Source: Cyanophyceae cyanobacterium
GTDB lineage: Bacteria; Cyanobacteriota; Cyanobacteriia; Cyanobacteriales; JBHJGN01
NCBI GenBank assembly: GCA_050331735.1
Contig: JBHJGN010000015.1
Location: forward strand, 32,001-96,000
Direction: 5' to 3'
Length of the DNA stretch: 64,000 nt
How positions within the stretch are numbered: the first letter of the stretch is position 1; each line of letters opens with the position of its first letter. Shown piece after piece: positions 49,852-58,555 of this stretch. Both the position numbers and the translations under genes were made by a program. The notes below the pieces were generated by a model. That model saw only the letters and a program-made list of their open reading frames with translations, ran no database searches and had not been told where the DNA came from.

Positions 49852-51079
49852 TTGCCGTAATGATGGTGACGGGATTCAGCGGAGAAAACCGGGTAAGAGG
49901 ACCGATGGGGACAGAACGGGAAATTTGAAGCTGCAATAGACGAGTCTGCCAAGCGCGATCGCTCAGCCATTGCCAGCTAGTATTGAGATGTTCTAGGGTG
50001 GCTAGCGCCAAAACAACCGTACCATCGGCGGCTAAGACGTGCTCGCAAGCGGTTAAAATTTCCGGTAGCTGTCCGCCGCTACCGCCAATGAAAATTCGGT
50101 CGGGAACTGGCAACTTGGTCAAAATATCAGGGGCGGTTCCGGCAACCACCGTGACGTTGGCAACGTTGAGGCGCTGACAGTTTTGCTCAATCAGCGTAAT
50201 CCCTGTGGCGGTTTTTTCAATGGCGTAGACGTGGGAACGAGGACACAGTCGAGCAATTTCCACCGAGACTGACCCCGTCCCGGCACCAATATCCCAAACC
50301 ACCTGTCCCGGCTGGAGGGCTAACTCTCCGAGCACCACGAGGCGAATTTCCCGCTTCGTCATTAGTCCGGGGCGATCGCTGAAGCTGAGAAAGGAGGCAT
50401 CTGGCAATCCTAACAGGGGGAGAGACTGAAGGGCTGTCTCGTCAGATGCGGTTTGCTCTAAAATAACAACGTTTAAAGGGTCAAACGGTGCTGTAGAGGC
50501 TAGATGATGGGCTTCAGCGGCAGAGAACTGGTAAATTTGTTCGTCGTCTGCGCCTAATTTCTCACACACCCAGAAATCGTAGCGCGTTGGTAAATCTAAA
50601 GCAAGAGTGAGCTGAGCGATCGCCCTCGGATTATTCACTGCATCGGTGAGGATAGCGATCTTTTTCACTCCCTGCTGGAGTAGACGAGTCAATTCCTCCA
50701 CAGAACGTCCGTGAACGCTGACAATCTGAGCATCCTGCCAGGGCCTTTTAATGCGGCTAAAGGCTAGCTGGACTGAACTCACGTGAGGATGAAAACGGAG
50801 CTGCTGGGGCGGTAATTTTTCGAGCAGTAGCCGTCCTAAGCCAAAAAAAAGCGGATCGCCACTGACTAAAATTACCGTCGTTTCTTGGTCTGCAAGCTGA
50901 GCAAGTTTCTCGATGACGCTGTAGATATTGCCGAGAACGAGTCGCTGTGCAGCATGGTGGGGAAAGTAGCTTAAGTGGCGATCGCTTCCTACTAAGAGAG
51001 TGGCCTGGGCCACAATGGTCCTGGTCGTCTCTGATAGTCCGGCTGCACCCTCCAAACCAATGCCGACAACGTCTATCAT
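49769..51079 (-). CDS. cbiET: Bifunctional precorrin-6Y/cobalt-precorrin-7 methyltransferase CbiE/CbiT
   Basis: VVGIG, SGDPLFFGLG, SSVQLAF, SVHGR, MTKREIR, WDIGAGTGSVSVE, FIGGSGG. Confidence 0.94.
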   Translation of the reverse strand: MIDVVGIGLEGAAGLSETTRTIVAQATLLVGSDRHLSYFPHHAAQRLVLGNIYSVIEKLAQLADQETTVILVSGDPLFFGLGRLLLEKLPPQQLRFHPHVSSVQLAFSRIKRPWQDAQIVSVHGRSVEELTRLLQQGVKKIAILTDAVNNPRAIAQLTLALDLPTRYDFWVCEKLGADDEQIYQFSAAEAHHLASTAPFDPLNVVILEQTASDETALQSLPLLGLPDASFLSFSDRPGLMTKREIRLVVLGELALQPGQVVWDIGAGTGSVSVEIARLCPRSHVYAIEKTATGITLIEQNCQRLNVANVTVVAGTAPDILTKLPVPDRIFIGGSGGQLPEILTACEHVLAADGTVVLALATLEHLNTSWQWLSDRAWQTRLLQLQISRSVPIGPLTRFSPLNPVTIITAKKGKSPSGTGKGENVPAGDGEGGTGKG

Positions 51080-51170
51080 GGCAAAAACAACACCTTGCAA
51101 CCTCAATTTACATTTTACAAATCGAGAGGACTGCTCACTCCTCTACCGCCTCCTGTCCCGTGCGGATGTG

Positions 51171-51321
51171 ATACCAATTAGAAAAAGTCATGAGAGACTT
51201 GATCCGTTGGGGAAAAGGGGAAAGGGTAAGGGGGAAAGGTAAACACAGCAAGCCTTTCCCTTTTAAGAGCCAACTCTTTGTTAGTTTGGGGAACTCTCCA
51301 ACTACTTTTGATAAACGGTAT
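51171..51321 (+). mobile_element. MITE copy B
   Basis: ATACCAATTAGAAAAAGT...ACTTTTGATAAACGGTAT; about 90% identical by eye to the reverse complement of 58291-58434, with one 7-nt indel. Confidence 0.88.
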
Positions 51322-51509
51322 TACTCAAAGCAGGAGCCGGAAGGGCTGCTGGCTGATTTATGAGCGATTCAACGGCCCTTTTGGGCAGCCTGTCTGGCGA
51401 TTGGTCTGGTGCAGCTTAGCATTCTCTAAGAGTCTGAGCAACCCTCCTGGGCTGCGGTGAAATTTCATCCCCCACTACAATGACTCCTCATCTGTTGAGC
51501 GCTACTGGA

Positions 51510-52181
51510 CTACCGATTGAACCGATTAATGATAATCACTGGCTCTCCCTCTTGATGATCTAACGAAGGGTATGCCGGTGTATGAGAAGGGGGATATACA
51601 GGAGCCGGATAGCTCGGGGGATAGGCTGGGGCTAGATAACCGGGCGAAGCGGACGGATAGATAGGAGCGGAATAGGCCGGAGGATAGGCTGGGGGGGGAT
51701 AACTGGGTGCATAGTAGGCCGGGGGATAGGCTGGGGGGGGATAACTAGGTGCATAGTAGGCCGGGGGATAACCCGGAGTCGAGTATCCTGGCTGCGGATA
51801 TCTGTAGCGAAGTTCAGAGTTTACGTAGTCAAACTCCTCACTGTAGGTATACTCGCTCTCCTCGCTATCGTAGTCATCCTCTTCGTAGAACTCGTTGCTG
51901 AATTCATCGTAATCATCGTCTTCGTAGAATTCATCATCGTAATAGCTCTCTTCGTAGAATTCATCGTCGTAGTCGTTCTCTTCGTAGAATTCGTCGTCGT
52001 CGAGATCTTCAAACAAACTCCGCACGGCTCCCTCAAGAGCATATTTTCCCATCCGTTCGAGAAGGGGAAGCAGCTCTAGCGCTTCGCTTGGCTGAGAAGT
52101 GAAGGCAACAAGTCCAGCCGCTAAAGCTAAACTGACTTTAATTCTTTGGCCTCGCCCTGATTTTTTTTCTACTCTGTTCAT
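51510..52181 (-). CDS. Putative secreted low-complexity protein (acidic/Tyr repeats + Pro-Tyr-Ala repeats)
   Basis: Signal-peptide-like LALAAGLVAFTSQPSEA; DDEFYEE-type 10-aa repeats; YPPAYYAPSYPPPA 14-aa repeats. Confidence 0.75.
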   Translation of the reverse strand: MNRVEKKSGRGQRIKVSLALAAGLVAFTSQPSEALELLPLLERMGKYALEGAVRSLFEDLDDDEFYEENDYDDEFYEESYYDDEFYEDDDYDEFSNEFYEEDDYDSEESEYTYSEEFDYVNSELRYRYPQPGYSTPGYPPAYYAPSYPPPAYPPAYYAPSYPPPAYPPAYSAPIYPSASPGYLAPAYPPSYPAPVYPPSHTPAYPSLDHQEGEPVIIINRFNR

Positions 52182-52474
52182 TGTTCAATAGTTAAAAAAT
52201 TGCTCGTGCGCCAAAAACCGCCACCACTTTCATCACGGCAGAATAAGATATACTCTTTTGACGTGGGTCTGACGAACCAAACCCAGACTCAAGATAAGAG
52301 CAAATGTTCCGAGGCAACTACGGTAAATCTACCGAACTTTCCTCTTGACGATGAATCGCGTTCCTGGCGATCGCGCGCAATTAACTAATTCACTTCTGAA
52401 GAGAACGACGCGACAGAGTAGCAGGCGACTCAAGCCCTACCAGGCAAGCATCGATAGAACGTGCCAGCAAGTCA

Positions 52475-53236
52475 CTAGGGTTGAGCCACTTCAACGCTGC
52501 CGACCATCTCTGAACGAGGAACTTCTAGGCTGACTCCTTTCGATTGGAGGAGATGATGCCAATCTTCTTGTAAAGCAGCATCTTCGGGATAGGTCAGGCG
52601 AAGATTAGCGAGATGCATCAAGGCGTCATACCAAATTCCTCGAGCGGCGTAGGTCACATCCTGCCGAGGAGTTGCTGCTGCTAATTCGCTTTGCATTGAG
52701 GGGTCTAAGGCTATACGCTGCACCCAACCGTGAACAAAAATGGGGCTAGAATTTCTCTGCGGGTCGCAATAAACTTTGAAATACCACTGATACCACCTGC
52801 CCATTTCTAGAGACGCTTCAGACGGCAAGCTGATGCTGACGTACCCTTGCTTGTCCGGCACTGTAAATGCCGTGCGATAAACATCATTGCGTTCCTCGTC
52901 CTGAAGAACAAATTCGCCTACGGGGACTTGTTGACGAGAGTAGGGGAGATAGAACCAAAAGGTGGGATGTTCTGACACGGTTTTCCCCCAGTGAGAATCC
53001 GGCATGAGAGCCGTCAAGCGAGAATTGAAGGTTGGGCACAAATCTCGGCTATCTCCGGCAGTTTGTCGTCCGGGTCTTCCCGTTCCGCTAAAGTCTACTC
53101 CCCGCTGACTAGCGGCTGACATCAGGGGCAAGAAGCTGCCGGAGTCGCTTTGCGCCCAGACTAGCGATGGGGGGGCGTAGATTGTTAAGGCCCACAGGAA
53201 CAGGTTAAAGGAGAGGAAAGGAAAGACTGTTTTCAT
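52475..53236 (-). CDS. DUF928 domain protein
   Basis: Signal peptide, GRPG...GDSR..C, LTALMP, HPTFWFYLPY, YQWYF...C, GWVQR, GIWYDAL. Confidence 0.9.
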   Translation of the reverse strand: MKTVFPFLSFNLFLWALTIYAPPSLVWAQSDSGSFLPLMSAASQRGVDFSGTGRPGRQTAGDSRDLCPTFNSRLTALMPDSHWGKTVSEHPTFWFYLPYSRQQVPVGEFVLQDEERNDVYRTAFTVPDKQGYVSISLPSEASLEMGRWYQWYFKVYCDPQRNSSPIFVHGWVQRIALDPSMQSELAAATPRQDVTYAARGIWYDALMHLANLRLTYPEDAALQEDWHHLLQSKGVSLEVPRSEMVGSVEVAQP

Positions 53237-55571
53237 AATTCGTCTCCGCTACTGATTTGGTTTTTATCTGATAAATAAAGACAAGACCGCCCGCGGTCGT
53301 GCTTGCCAGAGCCGCAGGGATCAGAGGAACCCAGCCTCCCTGGAGAAAGAGCAGCCAGCAACATCCCGTCAGGGTTATCATCGCAGCCAGGAGAGCCCCT
53401 CCCTGACGAAGGAGAGACTGCATCAACGCTCTGTCTGCTTTAGTCAGCCAGACTAAAATTCCCCCGACCAAGGACCATCCTCCGATCCAGAGAGTTTCCT
53501 CCCACTGAGACCACCACCACAGTAGCGATCGCCCATCTTCAATGGCACTAATCATTTGGCTAATCATCTGGGCATGAATCAGCACTCCCGATGTCTTCAG
53601 GCTCATGCGGCCTCGGCTATAGGGAGTACAGTGGGAATCTCTCTTCAGCTCAGCGACGCCAATGAGCACAATCCGATCCTCGAAGAGGCGGTTGAGCTGC
53701 GACGAGTTTTTAGAGTTGTTGAGAATCTCTCGGAGCGGAACGGTTTTAAACGGAGCAGAGCGGTAGTTAAGCATCATTTGCCACCCTCTTGCTTCCTGTG
53801 CCGGAAGCTGATAACCGCCAGAATTTGCTTCTAAGCGCTCAAAATTGGTATCACCAATTTTGAGACTCGTCTCCGTTGTTTCTACGGGCGGATCGTTCAG
53901 ATAGCGTAGCACTGTCCGTAAACTGAGAGATTGATCGGTGGGGCAGGAATCATCCGGGGACATGCCCACGAGCTGACGACGCAGGATCTCGTCGGGGTCG
54001 AGAGCAAAATTTGTAAATCCGGTTTGGCTTTCTGGAACTGGCGGCGGCGCTATGCCGGGATGATTGGTGGCCGCAATGCGACAAGGAGCAATAAAGCGAT
54101 CGCTTTGCACTAAAGTATCGGCGAGACCAGGGGCGAACGGAAAATCGTGCACAATGTCTAAGCTGACGACCCGAGGCTGATGGGGCTGAATTTTCTCGAG
54201 GAGCTGCGTCAGGGCGCGATCGTCTAGAGAGGTGCTGTTCTTCATCTCCATGCCCAATTCTTGCTGATATTGAATATCTTGTTCGTCCACGGTCACCACC
54301 ACGATCCGCTCGTCTGGGTCTTCAAGAGGACGGAGCCGCACCATCTGGTCGTAGGCCTGTAGCTCCCAGGCTTGCAGCATTCCTGCAGAACGGACCCCAC
54401 TTACCAAGCTAATCCCCACAATGCCGGACAGCACCACCGCTTTGACTCCTCGCCAGCTCCATCGCGGTTGCTTGTGCTGTTTCTCCCAAGTTCCTTGCAG
54501 TTCCTGCCAGCTCGGCGGGACGGCTGCCGAATTTTGATAAATCATGGGCAGCCAGCTAGCACAGGGAAAGCGATGCTCCCATCCCTGCAATCGTTCTCGT
54601 GCTTGCCGGGTAGCAGTATAGAAAGAATCGCCGCTCGAGTATGAGGCGAGAAAATGCTGCAAAAATTTCTGGGCGACGCTATCTGGAACGGGCTCGCGCA
54701 TCACGATGATTTGCGCGAGGTGTAGTTGCTCGAGGGCTATAGCCAGTCCGAGACCATCGCAGGAATTGAAGATCGCCAGACGCAAACCTTGGGCGATCGC
54801 TCGCTTGAGAGCGTATCTCAGCTCCTCGACGGTTAAGCTATCGTGGGGATTAATTTCAATCCGGCCCGTTCCGGCAGTCGTTTGGCTGTGTCCGGCGAAG
54901 AAGAGCAAATCCCAAGGCTGCTCCCAGAGCTGATCGTTAAGCTGCTGGCGCTGCGGTTTTACTAAAAAAGTGACCTCAGCATTGGGTAAAGATTTAAGAG
55001 TTTGCCGATCAGCTTCGACATCAATGCCTTCGCTACTGCCCAAAATTGCCAGAATTCTCACTGGATGAGGGGAAGCGCTCAGGGCTGAAATTTGTTCTCC
55101 TCCTAAACCAGCTAGGGCTATTTCTGCGTGGGGATAGCGCTCGAAAAAATCCCACTGGGACCAGGGGAGTCGGCTGACCTGACGATCTTCGCTGCGAATC
55201 AGCATCCGAATCGCTTCGGCGCGGTTCAGTTCCTCACGCAGGCGTCGGTCAACGGTTGTGAAAGAGGAGGATAGAAGCCAGCGGTTAAAGCGCTCGGATA
55301 ACTGTGCCGCTGCCTGATAACACTCTGCAAATAGGTTGATGCCTCCCTCATAAATAATTTCTTTAGGCTTGATGCGATAGGGCATTCCTAAAGAACGATA
55401 CTGCTGCCGCCACTGCTCTAGACAGATGACTAGCTGTGGGTCTGGTGGTAGAAATCCGGTAATTTCTGTTTGGGCTCGCTTGCCCTCTAAGCCAATTTCG
55501 AGAGTCACTCGAAATCCCTGCCACTTCAAATTACCATCTAGCTTTAAAACAACTAATTTTCCCCCCGTCAT
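53205..55571 (-). CDS. CHAT (caspase-like) + CHASE2 membrane protein
   Basis: LPW..WDFF, LFFAGHS, IFNSCDGLG, MREPVPD, ASWLP; TM; WELQAYD..RLRP, VVTVDEQDI, LDI, RIVLIG, GVLIHAQMISQ; three C-terminal TMs. Confidence 0.92.
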   Translation of the reverse strand: MTGGKLVVLKLDGNLKWQGFRVTLEIGLEGKRAQTEITGFLPPDPQLVICLEQWRQQYRSLGMPYRIKPKEIIYEGGINLFAECYQAAAQLSERFNRWLLSSSFTTVDRRLREELNRAEAIRMLIRSEDRQVSRLPWSQWDFFERYPHAEIALAGLGGEQISALSASPHPVRILAILGSSEGIDVEADRQTLKSLPNAEVTFLVKPQRQQLNDQLWEQPWDLLFFAGHSQTTAGTGRIEINPHDSLTVEELRYALKRAIAQGLRLAIFNSCDGLGLAIALEQLHLAQIIVMREPVPDSVAQKFLQHFLASYSSGDSFYTATRQARERLQGWEHRFPCASWLPMIYQNSAAVPPSWQELQGTWEKQHKQPRWSWRGVKAVVLSGIVGISLVSGVRSAGMLQAWELQAYDQMVRLRPLEDPDERIVVVTVDEQDIQYQQELGMEMKNSTSLDDRALTQLLEKIQPHQPRVVSLDIVHDFPFAPGLADTLVQSDRFIAPCRIAATNHPGIAPPPVPESQTGFTNFALDPDEILRRQLVGMSPDDSCPTDQSLSLRTVLRYLNDPPVETTETSLKIGDTNFERLEANSGGYQLPAQEARGWQMMLNYRSAPFKTVPLREILNNSKNSSQLNRLFEDRIVLIGVAELKRDSHCTPYSRGRMSLKTSGVLIHAQMISQMISAIEDGRSLLWWWSQWEETLWIGGWSLVGGILVWLTKADRALMQSLLRQGGALLAAMITLTGCCWLLFLQGGWVPLIPAALASTTAGGLVFIYQIKTKSVAETNYENSLSFPLL

Positions 55572-55584
55572 CCTGTGAACCCCG

Positions 55585-56508
55585 CTAGATGATAAAGGCT
55601 TCGCTGGTGCTGATGCTATCTAAGATTACTTTAATACTAAAATGTTCTGACCGTTCGCCGCTAAACTTTAACTGAATCGTTTTCGTATTTCTAGCCTGCG
55701 CCTGCATAACGACTTCCTCAGCAGCATCCAGCACCATGAGCTGAAGATTAAACGGCAGATGAGAGCGGTCGATAGGACAGATTTTTACCCAGATATCTCT
55801 TTCCTGCTCTGTCGTCGGGATGATTTCTACCAAGAGAGCGACCTGAACGCTGCTAGAAGCGGGTCCGAGAGTGAGAATTTTTCCCCGCGCTACTCCGACA
55901 GCCGATTCAGCTCCGGGGCGATCACCGCGAAAGTTTAAAGCGGGTTGCTGCGGGAATAGCTCAGTAACCGTTTGCCAGCCTGCTTCAAAGAGATTCTGTA
56001 ACCACTGACTAAGCTGCACTTCTGCGGGGCGAGCTTTGTGCTGGCTGAGATAGGCGGGCAAGTCTTCGAGGGGCTGGAGGTGGGTTAGCGGCAGAGACAA
56101 CGTTGGGAGACTGGGGACAAACCCCAGCAACGTAGCTGTCCTCAGAGATTGATCTACCTGGACTGCCACATAGCCAAGCCGTTGAGAGTTTACCTCTGCC
56201 GGAACGTCCATCGCTTCTGCATCGGGCAGGAGCGGTCTACACTCTATCTGGCCGTAGTTTTTAATCGTGAGGGCTGCCGTATTGACCAGTGAGAGCAGAG
56301 CCGGATTCCAGCTATCGCTACCGGCTAAATCGGTGTCAAAGCCGCGGCTGTTGAGGTAGAAGCTAACGGCATAAACGGCCAAAGTGTTCAGGTAAATCTG
56401 CTTCCCTCGCTCGGGGCTAGACTGGGTGCGGCGGAGCCGTTCTGCCTGAGCGTGAGCCGATATCGTCAGCGGAACAGTAAAGGATAAAGGTTCAAGTTTA
56501 GGGTTCAT
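55585..56508 (-). CDS. DUF1822 family protein
   Basis: KQIYLNTLAVYAV..YL, SDSWNP, IECRP, GYVAVQ, ATLLGF, LSQWLQNLFEAGWQ. Confidence 0.9.
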   Translation of the reverse strand: MNPKLEPLSFTVPLTISAHAQAERLRRTQSSPERGKQIYLNTLAVYAVSFYLNSRGFDTDLAGSDSWNPALLSLVNTAALTIKNYGQIECRPLLPDAEAMDVPAEVNSQRLGYVAVQVDQSLRTATLLGFVPSLPTLSLPLTHLQPLEDLPAYLSQHKARPAEVQLSQWLQNLFEAGWQTVTELFPQQPALNFRGDRPGAESAVGVARGKILTLGPASSSVQVALLVEIIPTTEQERDIWVKICPIDRSHLPFNLQLMVLDAAEEVVMQAQARNTKTIQLKFSGERSEHFSIKVILDSISTSEAFII

Positions 56509-56528
56509 AGCTGCTGATTACTCTAAAG

Positions 56529-57488
56529 TTAATGCAAGGAACTTCTCATCTGAGAAGCAAATTTTCGACAACATCTTTGAAAAAAACTACTTAAGGTGGG
56601 GACGACAATATCGAATTCTGAAGCGAGTTCTTCCCAGCTTTTTCCGGCAATTCTGGCGAGAGCGATCGCCCGAAAGTTGGCATCGGGTCGGTTTCTGATT
56701 TGGGCCTGCTTGAAGGTATTTTCGGCATCTTCTTCGATGCACTGGCGCACTAACTCAGAGAGTAACGGGGCTTCTTGCGGGGGCTGTAATCTGTCGAGAT
56801 CTGAAAGGGTCGGTAAACTGAACGTCTGGTGATCGCTAAATCGGCGGCGGCTTTCAATCACGAGTTTATCAAGCCGAAAGTTCACCCAGGTCATAAATTT
56901 TTGCTTTTGCCCGCGCTGAGGATCGTATTTGTCAATATTTTTGCAAACGTAGGCGAGCGTTTCGAGGACAGCCTCTTCGTACAGCAGCTCATAAAAAGAG
57001 GGCTCTGAAAACTTACCTCGATGAGGACGGCAAAGCCGACCCGAGCTTTGAATGGCTTCTACTAGCTCTCCTAAGAGATGCCGTCGCTCTGGAGTATCGG
57101 GAGGATAGCCTTGAGCGGCAAGAGCCAGTTTTTTGAGCTGAGCGTCGTTCAGGACTTTTCTTGTCGCCTGCTGCTGGAGCTGATGGCTCCATTCTCGAAG
57201 ACTCAGCGAGCGACTATCCCCAGGAAGGGCTTGCTGAACTGCGTACCGCAACTCTTGTTGCATCTGCTCGTAAATTTCCTCCTGAACCGCTAACAGACCT
57301 CGACTCCCTAAAGGACGACAAATCGAACGCGATCGCAATATCTCTTTGACTAGCTTTTCGATAGTCGCTTGCCATGCCTGCGTTTCGGGGTCATACTGCT
57401 GGATCTCAAGCAGGTATTGCTGGAGTCGTTTGTCTGTTGCCACCACCGTGCTGGGTAAAGGCACCGCCGATAGTAATGATCTGGTCAT
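56529..57488 (-). CDS. Sigma-70-like factor (cyanobacterial ECF-like)
   Basis: YEEAVLETLAYVCKNIDKYDP...FMTWVNFRL (region 2-like); GKSWEELASEFDIVVPTLSSFFQRC (region 4-like HTH). Confidence 0.8.
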   Translation of the reverse strand: MTRSLLSAVPLPSTVVATDKRLQQYLLEIQQYDPETQAWQATIEKLVKEILRSRSICRPLGSRGLLAVQEEIYEQMQQELRYAVQQALPGDSRSLSLREWSHQLQQQATRKVLNDAQLKKLALAAQGYPPDTPERRHLLGELVEAIQSSGRLCRPHRGKFSEPSFYELLYEEAVLETLAYVCKNIDKYDPQRGQKQKFMTWVNFRLDKLVIESRRRFSDHQTFSLPTLSDLDRLQPPQEAPLLSELVRQCIEEDAENTFKQAQIRNRPDANFRAIALARIAGKSWEELASEFDIVVPTLSSFFQRCCRKFASQMRSSLH

Positions 57489-58290
57489 GTTTCAGCGAGG
57501 ATCGCTATGATGATTCTCTGTGTTTAACTCCGGCTATCTGCTCTAGCTTTATGCGTTTTTCCAAGCTTGCTTAACAATTTGTTACTTTTCTGGAGCTAGG
57601 TTAGCAAAATCTCTTGGAACAGTAGAATCTTGATAGCAAAGCTATCACTGCAAGTCTGCTCATCTCTTTGCTGTGTCTGCTCGAGGAATTGAAGGGACAA
57701 ATTTCTCCTCAACGTTAAGGGCAGCATAGCAGCAGTGGCGATCGCTTTGTGCTCACGGCTAATTGCTGGCGCTATCTAGAAGAACGCGATCGCGATTGGC
57801 TCTATTTTTCTTCAAATCCCTTATTGAAGTCGCGGTGGCAAATGACCGAGGCGGCATCTTTTCAATATCTGATTAAATCCACGAATTAAGCATAAATTAT
57901 TCCAGATCAGATAAAAAGCCGTTGGATCAGCGTTTTTATTCTCAAAAAACTTTGTTTATTCAGACTGCTTTCCATTGCTAGTCGCAACTGCTTTTATCCA
58001 GTTTGCGGTGAAAATTAATAATCGCCGCTGGCTTTTCAGAGTTAATAGCAGGAACTGTTTTTTCACTTAACTTTTATGCAAGTACATCGCAAAAATTAAG
58101 TTGCTAACAGTAAAGTCTGCATTTTTGGTTTTTCATTATTTAGTTTTTCAGCACAAGTTAAGCTTTCATTGGCAAATTTTAAGCTTTTTGTGGATAATTT
58201 AATTCCTTAATTTTCCTGCATGGCTTGGCTCTAAAAAAAAGTATATAAATGATCGGTTGGTAATTAGATGACGATCACAAAATAGAAGTT

Positions 58291-58434
58291 ATACCATTTA
58301 CCGAAAGTAGTGAAAGAGTTCTCCTAACTAACAAAGAGTTAGCTCTTAAAAGGGAAAGACTTGCTGTGTTTACCTTTCCCCTTTCCCCTTTTTCCCAACG
58401 GATTAAGTCTCTCATAACTTTTTCTAATTGGTAT
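58291..58434 (-). mobile_element. MITE copy C (inverted relative to A and B)
   Basis: Reverse complement reads ATACCAATTAGAAAAAGTTATGAGAGAC...ACTTTCGGTAAATGGTAT. Confidence 0.88.
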
Positions 58435-58555
58435 TAGCAATTAGTGGTGATCGCATTGATGCTAGTCAAGCCAGAAGAAGCAATGTATTTAGCTTTTGAT
58501 TTGACGAAAAGGCCAGCCAACTCAGTTTGAATAAACTAAATAGGGAAAAGCAAAC

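Noticed and set aside
57489..58290. Hidden gene, ncRNA or shared sigma promoter (GCCGT) in the long AT-rich gap
   Set aside because: No convincing ORF or stable structure by eye; the GCCGT match to the region upstream of 52181 is too short to support.
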